Below are positions 52,427-62,185 of a DNA stretch of 64,000 nucleotides, piece after piece. This DNA is from Dehalococcoidia bacterium (GTDB lineage: Bacteria; Chloroflexota; Dehalococcoidia; UBA2979): NCBI GenBank assembly GCA_963692775.1, contig OY839116.1:1701601-1765600 (forward strand). Reading direction: 5' to 3'. The notes under the pieces were generated by a model that had not been told where the DNA came from, did no database searches, and saw nothing but the letters and a program-made list of their open reading frames with translations. The translations under genes and the position numbers were made by a program. Position 1 is the stretch's first letter. Each line of letters starts with the position of its first letter.

Positions 52427-52893
52427 GCCGCTGCCTCCGTGTCCTCGAGGATCAGGTCGATCTCGACGGCCGCGCCGAGCGGCAGCGCGGCGACGCCCAT
52501 CGCGAGCCGCGTGCCCAGCCCGGCGTCCTCGCCGAACAGGTCGAGCAGCAGCTCGCTCGCGCCGTTGACCACCGCCGGGTGGGCCGCGAAGTCCGGGGCG
52601 CTGGCGACGTAGCCGACGAGCCGCACGACGCGCAGGCCCTCGAGGCTGCCGTGCAGCGCCTGCACGGCGGCGAGCGCGTTGAGCGTGGCGACGCGCGCCG
52701 CCTCCTGGCCCGTCGCGATGTCGTCCTCGCCCGAGATGTGTCCGGGGTTGACCAGCTCGCCGTCGCGCATCGGGAGCTGGCCGGAGACCATCAGCCAGTT
52801 CCCGCTGCGCAGCGCGGCGCGGTACATGCCGACCGGCGGCGGAGGCGGCGGGATCTCGATCCCCAGCTCCTTGAGTCGCTGCGCGACGCTCAC
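52423..52893 (-). CDS. RidA/YjgF family protein
   Basis: VSGQLP, VVNGASELL, LPLGAAVEI. Confidence 0.9.
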   Translation of the reverse strand: MSVAQRLKELGIEIPPPPPPVGMYRAALRSGNWLMVSGQLPMRDGELVNPGHISGEDDIATGQEAARVATLNALAAVQALHGSLEGLRVVRLVGYVASAPDFAAHPAVVNGASELLLDLFGEDAGLGTRLAMGVAALPLGAAVEIDLILEDTEAAA

Positions 52894-52990
52894 GGGCGCT
52901 CCCTTTCGTGGTCCTGCGGCGTCCGGCGCCGCGGGAGAGCATACGCCCTCGCGCGCTCACGCCCCATCGCGCGGGGCGAGCCGGCCGCGG

Positions 52991-53554
52991 TCAGATCGCG
53001 AGCGCGCGCTGCGTCTCCCGGTCGAGCCAGCCGAGGAAGAACGGCCGCCATTCCTCGTAGCGCTGGAGGTGCTCCGCGAGCTGCTGCGCGACGGAGAGGC
53101 GGGGCCGCACCGGCTGCGTGAGCAGCCGCATCCGCGCCTCGCGCGGGGTGCGTCCGCCCTTGCGGTGATTGCAGGGCTGGCAGGCGGTGACGATGTTCTC
53201 CCAGACGTGGGAGCCGCCGCGGCGGCGCGGCACGACGTGGTCGAGCGTGAGGTTCTGGTGCCCGTTCCCGCAGTACTGGCAGCGCTGGCGGTCGCGGGCG
53301 AAGACCTCGCGGCGGGTGAGCCGCACCTGCGGGCGCGGCCGGCGCACGCGGCGGCGCAGCCGGATCACCGAGGGCGAGGGATAGTCGCGGTCCACGCCGC
53401 GGATCGGCTCCGCGCCCTCCTCCAGCAGCTCCGCCCGGCCGCCGAAGACGAGCGCGAAGGCGCGCCTGACGCCGCAGACGTTCAGCGGTTCGTAGTCCTG
53501 GTTGAGCACCAGCGCGTGCCGGTCGAGCAACGCTTCCGCCTCTCTATCCCGCAC
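52991..53554 (-). CDS. HNH endonuclease
   Basis: LVLNQDYEPL, PSVIRL, RD..RCQYCG, LTLDHVVP..GG...WEN...CQPCN..K. Confidence 0.93.
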   Translation of the reverse strand: MRDREAEALLDRHALVLNQDYEPLNVCGVRRAFALVFGGRAELLEEGAEPIRGVDRDYPSPSVIRLRRRVRRPRPQVRLTRREVFARDRQRCQYCGNGHQNLTLDHVVPRRRGGSHVWENIVTACQPCNHRKGGRTPREARMRLLTQPVRPRLSVAQQLAEHLQRYEEWRPFFLGWLDRETQRALAI

Positions 53555-53621
53555 GCCAGTGTAGTGGATTGGGACGGCAGGGCCAGCAGCCGGGCCGCCC
53601 GCGGCGCGCTTCGAGGCGGGC

Positions 53622-54170
53622 TCAGGGGTTCGGCGTCAGCGTCTTGCCGAGCTCCACGATCTCGGACCACTGCTCCGCGGCCGCCTCGAACTCTTGCGGG
53701 AGCAGCCGCTGGATCACCGGCAGGCCCTCGAGGAAGGCGGGCGCGAGCGTGGAGTCCTCGATCGCCGCATCGAGGTGACCGGAGACCGGGAAGGTAATGG
53801 CCGCGAGCAGCAGCACCTCGACGACGATCAGGCCCGTGATGAACCCGAACACCGCCCCGCCGACGCGGTCCGCAGCGCCGAGCAGCAGCATCCGCGCGGC
53901 GCGGCGCAGCAGCAGCGCCGCGATCTGGCCGACCACGATCGCGCCCGCGAAGATCGCCGCGAACGCGACGAACTCGCGCCAGGTCTCGTCCTCGATCGCG
54001 AACGCGATGTCGTCGGCCAGTTCGGCGTAGAAGTGGCCGGCGAGGAGCGCGCCGCCGATCACGGAGACGGCCGTGACGGCCTCGCGAATCAGGCCGATCG
54101 AGATCGCCCGGAAGGTGAGCCAGGCGATGATGGCGACGATGACCAGGTCCAGCCAGTGCAAGGCTTGCAT
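53622..54170 (-). CDS. CvpA family membrane protein
   Basis: WLD...GLIRE...DRVGGAVFG...S.LAP. Confidence 0.88.
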   Translation of the reverse strand: MQALHWLDLVIVAIIAWLTFRAISIGLIREAVTAVSVIGGALLAGHFYAELADDIAFAIEDETWREFVAFAAIFAGAIVVGQIAALLLRRAARMLLLGAADRVGGAVFGFITGLIVVEVLLLAAITFPVSGHLDAAIEDSTLAPAFLEGLPVIQRLLPQEFEAAAEQWSEIVELGKTLTPNP

Positions 54171-54258
54171 GACGTCCCGCTGCGCCGCCCGCCCCGGCGT
54201 AACGCGATCTTAGCACGGGCCGATGTTCCGGCCACGGGGCGGGCGAGGCCGTGCGCGC

Positions 54259-54987
54259 CTACTCGGACGTGAAGCCGAGGCCGCTCTGGCGCATCGAGAT
54301 CCAGCGGCCGTGGCCGATCACGACGTGGTCCAGCACCTCGATCCCGAGCAGCGTCCCGGCCTCCTCGAGGGCGCGCGTCGTTTCCACGTCGTCGGGGCTC
54401 GGCGCGGGGTCGCCGCTCGGGTGATTGTGGGCGACGGCGATGGCGGCGGCGTTGAGGCGGACGGCCTCGCGGAACGCCTCGGCGACACGCACCGGGGCGC
54501 TGTTCACGGAGCCGCGGCTCAGCATGCGGCTGGCGAGCACGCGGTGCCGGGTATCCAGCGCCAGCAGGCGGAACTCCTCCTGCGGCAGCAGTTCGAGTTC
54601 CGATTGCAGCAGCCTGGCGATGTCCTCCGGCGATCCGATCAGCGGGCGCTCGTCGTCGCCCTCCAGGCTGCGCCGCCGTCCCAGCTCGAAGGCGGCGGCG
54701 ATCGTCGCCGCCTTGGCCGGGCCGAGGCCGCGGATCGCGGACAGCTCGGTGATGTCCGCCCCGGCGAGGCCGCGCAGGCCGCGGTGCTCCCGCTGCAGCC
54801 GCTCCGCGAGTTGCAGCACGCCCTCCTCGCGGGTGCCGGTGCGCAGCAGGATGGCGAGCAGCTCCGAGGTGGTGAGCGCCTGCGCGCCGAGCTGTTCGAG
54901 GCGCTCGCGGGGGCGGTCGCCGGAGGCCATCTCGGAGACGCGCAGCCGGTAGGCGGGCGCCCCCGGTTCCGGTTCGGAGACCGTCAC
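54259..54987 (-). CDS. radC: RadC/JAB domain protein
   Basis: RPRERL, ELLAILLRTG, G.GPAKA, HNHPSGDP.PS.DD, LDHVVIG. Confidence 0.93.
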   Translation of the reverse strand: MTVSEPEPGAPAYRLRVSEMASGDRPRERLEQLGAQALTTSELLAILLRTGTREEGVLQLAERLQREHRGLRGLAGADITELSAIRGLGPAKAATIAAAFELGRRRSLEGDDERPLIGSPEDIARLLQSELELLPQEEFRLLALDTRHRVLASRMLSRGSVNSAPVRVAEAFREAVRLNAAAIAVAHNHPSGDPAPSPDDVETTRALEEAGTLLGIEVLDHVVIGHGRWISMRQSGLGFTSE

Positions 54988-55478
54988 GTCAAGGAGTCCT
55001 CGAGGGGCGCTACGGGCTCGCCCTCCACGAGCTCGCCGGTGTCGCCGCTGATCAGCACGACGCGGATCAGCGTCCGCGTGTGCGGCCAGTGGTGGCACTC
55101 GATGGTGTTGCCCTCGGTGAGCTGGACCCACACGTCGGGGGACATCACGAAGACCTGGCGGTTGAGCATCGTGTAGTGCGAGCGGAAGAACCAGAACAGG
55201 CCGCCCTTCGTCCAGAGTCGGGTGACCTCCCCGCGCGTGAAGGTCGGCTCCGCGCGCAGGTCGAGCAGCGCCGTGATCAGCTGGAAGAGCGAGGCGCCGC
55301 TGACGAGCAGCAGGATCGTGAGCGGGATGAGCGCCCCGTAGGAGCCTCCGAGGACGGCGCCCAGCGAGACGAGCGAGATGCTCCCGCCGACGGCCGTCAG
55401 CAGCGAGTACATGAAGACCATGCGCAGCAGCGTCATGCGGTGCCCGGGCATCTCGCCGATGATCTCGTGGCGCATCAT
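54984..55478 (-). CDS. Hypothetical two-TM membrane protein
   Basis: Two hydrophobic helices then a beta-rich domain; coupled to neighbours. Confidence 0.7.
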   Translation of the reverse strand: MMRHEIIGEMPGHRMTLLRMVFMYSLLTAVGGSISLVSLGAVLGGSYGALIPLTILLLVSGASLFQLITALLDLRAEPTFTRGEVTRLWTKGGLFWFFRSHYTMLNRQVFVMSPDVWVQLTEGNTIECHHWPHTRTLIRVVLISGDTGELVEGEPVAPLEDSLT

Positions 55479-55491
55479 CGTCCGGCGCTCC

Positions 55492-56250
55492 CTACGGTGC
55501 TTCGTCCGAAAGATACTCGTTGAGTATCCAGGAATCCCGTCCGTCATCGTTGCTGACGATGAAGGACCAGCCCTCACACCTGCCGGAGCCCTCCTCCTCG
55601 ACCGTCACCTCGTCGCCGTCGAACCAGCCGCTCCCGACCACGCGGGACTGGTCGATGCAGTCGGTGCGCTCCAGTACGCCCCCGGACCCCGCGTTCACGA
55701 TGTACGCGGTTCGCGGCACGCGGGGGGTGGGCTCGGGGGTCGGCGTGGGAGTCGGCGTCGCCGTGGGGGTGGGAGTCGGCGTCGGCGTCGCCGTCGGGCT
55801 CGGCGTGGCGGTCGGAGTCGCTGTCGGCGTGGGTGAGGCTGTTGGAGTGGTGGTGGGGCTCGGCGCTGCCGTCGGCGCGGCGGTTGGCGAGGGCGTCGCG
55901 GCCGGGCTCGGCGTGGCGGTCGGTGTCGCGTCGGTGGCGGGCGTGGGCGGCGGGGTCGGGCTGGGCGTGGGCGCGGTGGTTGGCAGCACCGCGCTCTGCG
56001 AGGGGCGTTCGGGGCTGGTGGCGCCCTGACCCTCGTCGCCGCTTCCCGCGGGCCAGAGCAGCAGCCAGAGCGCGAGGATGCTGGCCGCGACCAGGACGAT
56101 CAGGGCGCCGCGGTAGACGCGAGGCGAGGGCGTCGCGAGCGCCGGATCCATGCAGCGCTCGCAGACCACGTCGCCGTGCTCCAGGCAGTACAGCAGGCCG
56201 CAGCGCGGGCACTCGCGCGCCGCCTGGCGCTCGCAGCGGAAGCACTCCAC
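55492..56250 (-). CDS. Zn-finger / TM / Thr-Pro linker / SH3-like protein
   Basis: CxxC...CxxC...CxxH...CxxC N-terminus; TM; long TP repeat; short beta domain ending WI..EYL. Confidence 0.75.
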   Translation of the reverse strand: MECFRCERQAARECPRCGLLYCLEHGDVVCERCMDPALATPSPRVYRGALIVLVAASILALWLLLWPAGSGDEGQGATSPERPSQSAVLPTTAPTPSPTPPPTPATDATPTATPSPAATPSPTAAPTAAPSPTTTPTASPTPTATPTATPSPTATPTPTPTPTATPTPTPTPEPTPRVPRTAYIVNAGSGGVLERTDCIDQSRVVGSGWFDGDEVTVEEEGSGRCEGWSFIVSNDDGRDSWILNEYLSDEAP

Positions 56251-56311
56251 AAGGCAAGCCTCACACCCAGCCGCCGCCGGTCACGGCGCCCGAGCGGCTG
56301 ACGCGGCGCCG

Positions 56312-56698
56312 TTACTTGACCTCGACGGTGGCGCCGGCCTCCTCGAGCTTGGTCTTGGCGGCCTCCGCCTCTTCCTTGGTCACGGCCTCGCGGATCGGCT
56401 TCGGGGCGGACTCGACCACGTCCTTGGCGTCCTTCAGGCCGAGCGAGGTGAGTTCGCGCACCGCCTTGATCACGTTGATCTTGTTGGCGCCGAAGTCCGT
56501 GAGGACCACGTCGAACTCGAACTGCTCCTCGGCCGCGGCCGCGCCGTTGTCGCCGCCGTCCGCCGCGGGCATCGCGGCCATCGCGACGGGCGCCGCGGCG
56601 GTCACGCCGAACTCTTCCTCGATCGCCTTGTTGAGATCCCTCAGCTCGAGCAGCGTCATGCCCTTGATGATCTCGAGGGCTTCCTCGACCTTCGCCAT
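56312..56698 (-). CDS. rplL: 50S ribosomal protein L7/L12
   Basis: [37 protein letters not shown]. Confidence 0.98.
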   Translation of the reverse strand: MAKVEEALEIIKGMTLLELRDLNKAIEEEFGVTAAAPVAMAAMPAADGGDNGAAAAEEQFEFDVVLTDFGANKINVIKAVRELTSLGLKDAKDVVESAPKPIREAVTKEEAEAAKTKLEEAGATVEVK

Positions 56699-56759
56699 TT
56701 TCGTGCTCCCTCCGAACCGCCCCCCGGGGCGGCAGTGCTCCGTTGGCGCGCGCTCGCGC

Positions 56760-57293
56760 CTATGCTTCCGTTCCTTCGAGCTGCTCCGCACGCGCGTCGA
56801 TCAGCCCCGCGAACTCGCGGGTCGACGCCTCGAGCAGCCCCATCAGCTCGACGATCTTGCCGGTCAGCCCGCCCGCGATGCGCGCGATCAACACCTCGCG
56901 AGGCGGCACGGTCGCCAGATCGGCGATGTACGCGGCGTCGACGAGCTGGCCGTCGACGACGGCGTTGCGGACCTCGAACGGCGTCTGCGGGTTGTCCCGC
57001 CGGTAGTTCTGAATCGCACGCGCCGCGGCGACGGGGTCGTCGGGGTGCGTGACGAGGGCGGTCGGGCCCTGCGCCAGTTCGGCGAACAACGGCTGCCCGC
57101 TCTCGGTGGCGGCGCGCTGCAGCAGCGTGTTCTTGATGATGCGCAGGGTGGCGCCCTCGGCCAGCAGCGCGCGCCGCAGCTGCGTCTGGTCCGGCACCGG
57201 GATGCCCTGGTAGGCCGTGCCGATGGCGATGTTGACGCCCTCGATCAGCTCCTTGAGCTCGGCGACCTGCGCGATCTTGCGCTCCGTAGGCAC
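56760..57293 (-). CDS. rplJ: 50S ribosomal protein L10
   Basis: PTERK...V.EL, KNTLL, GPTA, LA..P.RE.L. Confidence 0.95.
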   Translation of the reverse strand: MPTERKIAQVAELKELIEGVNIAIGTAYQGIPVPDQTQLRRALLAEGATLRIIKNTLLQRAATESGQPLFAELAQGPTALVTHPDDPVAAARAIQNYRRDNPQTPFEVRNAVVDGQLVDAAYIADLATVPPREVLIARIAGGLTGKIVELMGLLEASTREFAGLIDARAEQLEGTEA

Positions 57294-57320
57294 CGCGCCT
57301 CCTCTCCTGCTGCGTTCGAG

Positions 57321-57478
57321 GGCGAACAAAACGCCCTCCGGCGGGAGGGCGTTCGCGCCGCGCCGTCCGGCCCTCGGCCGGGGGTGCGTCGCCGTGTCGC
57401 CTGATCCCACCTGCACGGGCGGCCTGCGGCCATTCTTCCGTCCGGGCAGCGCCCGTCTGGAACCCGTGGTCTCCGGTG
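57321..57478 (-). promoter_or_regulatory. L10 leader cis-regulatory RNA
   Basis: CCGGAGACCACGGG...CCCGTGCAGG motif upstream of rplJ, plus hairpin AACGCCCTCC/GGAGGGCGTT near the RBS. Confidence 0.7.
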
Positions 57479-57566
57479 TCCGCGCCCGTTGGGCACCCGT
57501 ACAGTCTCCACCGCGCCCGCGCTTACGCGCGAGCGCCCGTGTCTCCGGGTTGTGCTCCGAGCGGCC

Positions 57567-58283
57567 TTACCCCTCCGCGCCGAGCGCCATGAGCGGCGCC
57601 AGCTCGACGTGCACGCCCGGCCCCATCGTCGAGGTCAGCGTGGCGGAGCGGATGTACTGGCCCTTCAGGTCGCTGGGCCGCGACTTCACGATCTCGCCGA
57701 GCAGCGCACTGAGGTTCTCCATCAGCTGTTCGTCGCTGAAGGAGACCTTCCCGATCGGCGCGTGCACGTAGTTGGTCTTGTCCAGCCGGTACTCGACGCG
57801 GCCGGACTTCGCCTCCTTGACGGCGCGCGGGATGTCGTCGGCCTCGAGCACGGTGTTGTTGCGTGGGTTCGGCATCAGGCCGCGCGGGCCCAGGACGCGG
57901 CCGAGCCGCCCCACCTTGCCCATCAACTCCCGCTGCGCGAGCGCGACGTCGAAGTCCGTGAACCCGTCGGCCACGCGCGCGATCAGCTCGTCGGCTCCGA
58001 CGAGATCGGCGCCGGCCTCGTTGGCGAGCATCGCCCCCTCGCCCTCGGCGAAGACGGCGATGCGCTGCTCCTTGCCGAGGCCGTGCGGCAGCGTGATTGC
58101 GCCGCGGATCTGCTGCTCGGCGTGGCGACCGTCGAGGCCGGTGCGGAGGTGCAGCTCGACGGTCTCGTCGAACTTCGCGGTGGCGGTTTCCTTCACGGCG
58201 GCGACCGCCGCATCCGGCTGGTAGAAGGCGTGGCGGTCCACCTTGGCGGCGGCCTCGCGGTAGCGCTTGCCTCGCTTGCCCAT
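57567..58283 (-). CDS. rplA: 50S ribosomal protein L1
   Basis: AKFDETVE, LPHG.GK, LGPRGLMPNP, STMGPG. Confidence 0.98.
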   Translation of the reverse strand: MGKRGKRYREAAAKVDRHAFYQPDAAVAAVKETATAKFDETVELHLRTGLDGRHAEQQIRGAITLPHGLGKEQRIAVFAEGEGAMLANEAGADLVGADELIARVADGFTDFDVALAQRELMGKVGRLGRVLGPRGLMPNPRNNTVLEADDIPRAVKEAKSGRVEYRLDKTNYVHAPIGKVSFSDEQLMENLSALLGEIVKSRPSDLKGQYIRSATLTSTMGPGVHVELAPLMALGAEG

Positions 58284-58708
58284 TACGGCATCACCTCGAT
58301 TCCCATCGAGCGCGCGGTGCCCTCGATGATCCGCATGGCGGCGTCCATGTCGTCGGTGTTGAGGTCGACGAGCTTGGTTTCGGCGATGGTGCGCACCTGG
58401 TCCTGCGTGACGGAGCCGACGACCTCGGTGAGCTGGTTGGCCGCGCCGCTCTCCACGCCCGCGGCCTTGCGCAGCAGGTCCGAGGCGGGCGGCGTGCGCA
58501 GCTCGAAGCTGAACGAGCGGTCCTCGTAGATCGTGATCACGGCGGGGATGATCTGTCCCTGCTGCGCCTGGGTGCGTGCGTTGTAGGACTTGCAGAAGTC
58601 CATGATGTTGATGCCGTGCGGGCCCAGCGCGGTGCCCACCGGCGGCGCGGGGTTCGCCCGCCCCGCCTGGATCTGCAACTTGACCAGCGCGCGTACTCGT
58701 TTCGCCAT
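58283..58708 (-). CDS. rplK: 50S ribosomal protein L11
   Basis: [29 protein letters not shown]. Confidence 0.98.
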   Translation of the reverse strand: MAKRVRALVKLQIQAGRANPAPPVGTALGPHGINIMDFCKSYNARTQAQQGQIIPAVITIYEDRSFSFELRTPPASDLLRKAAGVESGAANQLTEVVGSVTQDQVRTIAETKLVDLNTDDMDAAMRIIEGTARSMGIEVMP

Positions 58709-58711
58709 CGG

Positions 58712-59356
58712 TTACTGCTTCTCCACTTGCAGGAAGTCCAGCTCGACCGGCGTCTCCCGGCCGAACATCGAGACCATGACCCGCACCTTGCCCTTGTCGA
58801 GGTTGATCTCGTCGACCTGGCCGACGAAGTCGACGAACGGACCGTCGATCACGCGCACCGCCTCGCCGACGGCGAAGCCGACATTGATCCTCGGCGTTCC
58901 GGTGTCCATCTGCCGCAGGATCCGCGCGACTTCCTCGTCCTCGAGGGCGGGCGGCCGCGCGCGCTCGTCGGAGCTGGCGCCGGCGAAGCCGGTGACGCCC
59001 GGGGTGTTGCGGACCACGTACCAGGAGTCGTCGCCCATCAGCATCTGGACCAGGATGTAGCCGGGGAAGAGCTTGCGGGAGACGGTCTTGCGCTGGCCGT
59101 CGCGGATCTCGATCTCGTCCTCGGTGGGGATCACCACCTCGAAGACGCGGTCGCCCATGTCCATCTGCTGGATGCGCTGCTCCAGGCTCTTCTTCACCTT
59201 GTTCTCGTAGCCGGAGTAGGTCTGGACGATGTACCAGGCGCGGCCGTCGTCCTCGGCCACGGCGGGGCCCGCGGCCTGGCCGGCGCGCTCCTCCAGCTCC
59301 GCGGTGAACGGATTGGGCGGCGCGGGGGACGGTTGCGGTTGCGTGTCGCTGGTCAT
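58712..59356 (-). CDS. nusG: Transcription factor NusG
   Basis: [39 protein letters not shown]. Confidence 0.98.
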   Translation of the reverse strand: MTSDTQPQPSPAPPNPFTAELEERAGQAAGPAVAEDDGRAWYIVQTYSGYENKVKKSLEQRIQQMDMGDRVFEVVIPTEDEIEIRDGQRKTVSRKLFPGYILVQMLMGDDSWYVVRNTPGVTGFAGASSDERARPPALEDEEVARILRQMDTGTPRINVGFAVGEAVRVIDGPFVDFVGQVDEINLDKGKVRVMVSMFGRETPVELDFLQVEKQ

Positions 59357-59372
59357 GCTGCCTCCACGAACA

Positions 59373-59702
59373 TTAGCGCAGCACCGTGTTCTCGATCAGC
59401 CAGTTGAAGCCGAGATCGGCGACGCCGAGGATCGCCCCGAAGAAGATCGAGACGATCACGACCACCAGCGTCAGGTAGCCGACCTCCTGGCGGCTGGGCC
59501 AGGTGACCTTGCGCAGCTCGCTGACGATGTCGGCGATCCAGCGCGGCACGAAGCGCCTGCCGCGGCGCACCTCCGTGCCTGCCGGGGCGGAGACGCTCAT
59601 CGAGGGCCCGCGTCCGCCGCCGCCCTGGGCCGCGGCGCGGCGCTGCTGCCGCTGCTGGCGGCGCTGGGCGCGCTCCTGCTGCCTGCGCAGCGCTCGACCC
59701 AT
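59373..59702 (-). CDS. secE: Preprotein translocase SecE
   Basis: [11 protein letters not shown] followed by a single TM. Confidence 0.95.
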   Translation of the reverse strand: MGRALRRQQERAQRRQQRQQRRAAAQGGGGRGPSMSVSAPAGTEVRRGRRFVPRWIADIVSELRKVTWPSRQEVGYLTLVVVIVSIFFGAILGVADLGFNWLIENTVLR

Positions 59703-59744
59703 CGACGGCTCCGTTCGGCTCTCTGTCCCGCTCCGGGCGCCAGC

Positions 59745-59906
59745 CTACCGCGTTTCGCGGTGTGGCTGGTGGGCGCGGCAGCGGCGGCAGAACTTGCGCA
59801 GCTCCAGCCGCTCCGGATCGTTCCGGCGGTTCTTCCTCGTGTGGTAGTTGCGGGAGCGGCACTGCGTGCACGCCAGCGTGATGTGCTCCCGGTCGCCCTT
59901 GGCCAT
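59745..59906 (-). CDS. rpmG: 50S ribosomal protein L33 (Zn-binding form; absent from ORF track)
   Basis: [53 protein letters not shown]. Confidence 0.97.
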   Translation of the reverse strand: MAKGDREHITLACTQCRSRNYHTRKNRRNDPERLELRKFCRRCRAHQPHRETR

Positions 59907-59942
59907 GGTCTCCGCTCCTCGAGCGCCCCGCCCGGGTCCGCG

Positions 59943-61142
<1,200 letters not shown>

Positions 61143-61215
61143 CCTCCGGCTCCCTCTCCTTCGCCTCCCCCGGCTCTCCTGCCGCGGGCGGCGCTGCTGT
61201 GGCTGATCGTTGTGG

Positions 61216-61291
61216 TGGAGCCCTCAAGCGGATTTGAACCGCTGACCTCGTTCTTACCAAGAACGCGCTCTACCGACTGAGCTATGAGGGC
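61216..61291 (-). tRNA. tRNA-Thr(GGT)
   Basis: GCCCTCA...TTGGTAA...GGTTCAAATCC...TGAGGGCTCCA cloverleaf. Confidence 0.96.
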
Positions 61292-61357
61292 ATATCTCCG
61301 TTTCTGGCGCCACTGCTCGGCGGCGCCCTGGTTACCAGCCTCGGTGGCGCGGGCGAC

Positions 61358-61443
61358 TGGTGCAGGGGGCAGGATTCGAACCTGCGTAGCCGTAAGGCGG
61401 CGGTTTTACAGACCGCTGGAATTAACCACTCTCCCACCCCTGC
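61358..61443 (-). tRNA. tRNA-Tyr(GTA)
   Basis: GCAGGGG...CTGTAAA, long variable arm, GGTTCGAATCC, ACCA. Confidence 0.96.
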
Positions 61444-61502
61444 GGGCGTCGCTGGCCGGCATCCTCGCCCCGCGCGCCTCCACGCAACCCCGCGGGAGCG
61501 GG

Positions 61503-61578
61503 TGGAGCCCGAGAGGGGATTCGAACCCGCTAACCTGCCGATTACAAATCGGCTGCGCTGCCATTGCGCCACTCGGGC
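61503..61578 (-). tRNA. tRNA-Thr(TGT)
   Basis: GCCCGAG...GCCGA-TTTGTAA-TCGGC...GTTCGAAT...CTCGGGCTCCA. Confidence 0.94.
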
Positions 61579-61641
61579 CCGAACAGTGCCGGCGCACATG
61601 AAACAATCACACCCGGCCAACCGGCCAAGTGCGATCGGTTA

Positions 61642-61671
61642 AGTATAGAAACGGCCTCCGAGGAGGGTCAA
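61642..61671 (-). promoter_or_regulatory. Sigma70 promoter of the tRNA-tuf operon
   Basis: TTGACC-18 nt-TATACT about 65 nt upstream of the first tRNA. Confidence 0.75.
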
Positions 61672-62185
61672 CGCGACGCATGGCATCATTAGTATTGCTA
61701 CCGATACGAAGGCGCGTACATCACAACCCTGTTGCCGAAGCTGGGGGTCCGCAGGCAGGTGAGCGCATGGCGCCGCCTCGCAACCTCCGGTCCGCGCGCC
61801 GCAGGTTGGCTCCTCGCGTTCCGCCAGCGGCCAGCGGACGGGCGTCTTCCGCCGCGTCGAGCTCGTCGTCGGCGCGGAGCCGCGCGTTCATGGTCTTCAC
61901 GGTGCCAGGTGCGCGTTGTTCCGGCGATCCATGCGACGCGCAGGACACTGCGCCCTATAGTCGTAGGACCGGGTGGCGTGGGAGGAGCGGGATGGTTCGT
62001 GGTGACTAATCCAAGGGCCGCCGGATGGGTGAGCCCAGAATCAGAAGTCGTGTCGCTGACAGCGCGGCGAGGCAAGCGAGCCTCAGACACCAGTCGCCAG
62101 CGCACGGGTGGATCTCTTGCACCACAAGTGTCGCCGCGCGACCACAACGGGACACGAGCCCGCTCACGCAGGCGATCGACAGCAG

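Noticed and set aside
52991-54987. HNH + RadC as a defence or mobile module
   Set aside because: Host-like composition, common stand-alone families, housekeeping context
55715-55980. Tandem repeats that might be a CRISPR array or VNTR
   Set aside because: Degenerate codons of a Thr/Pro linker; no repeat-spacer structure and no cas genes in the window
61216-61700. tRNA cluster as the attachment site of the lower-GC region
   Set aside because: The foreign DNA lies 5' of the tRNAs; no duplicated tRNA 3' end or integrase is seen in the window
61721-61948. GANLRRAD pentapeptide-repeat-like fragment
   Set aside because: Only about two units in a short ORF; insufficient evidence
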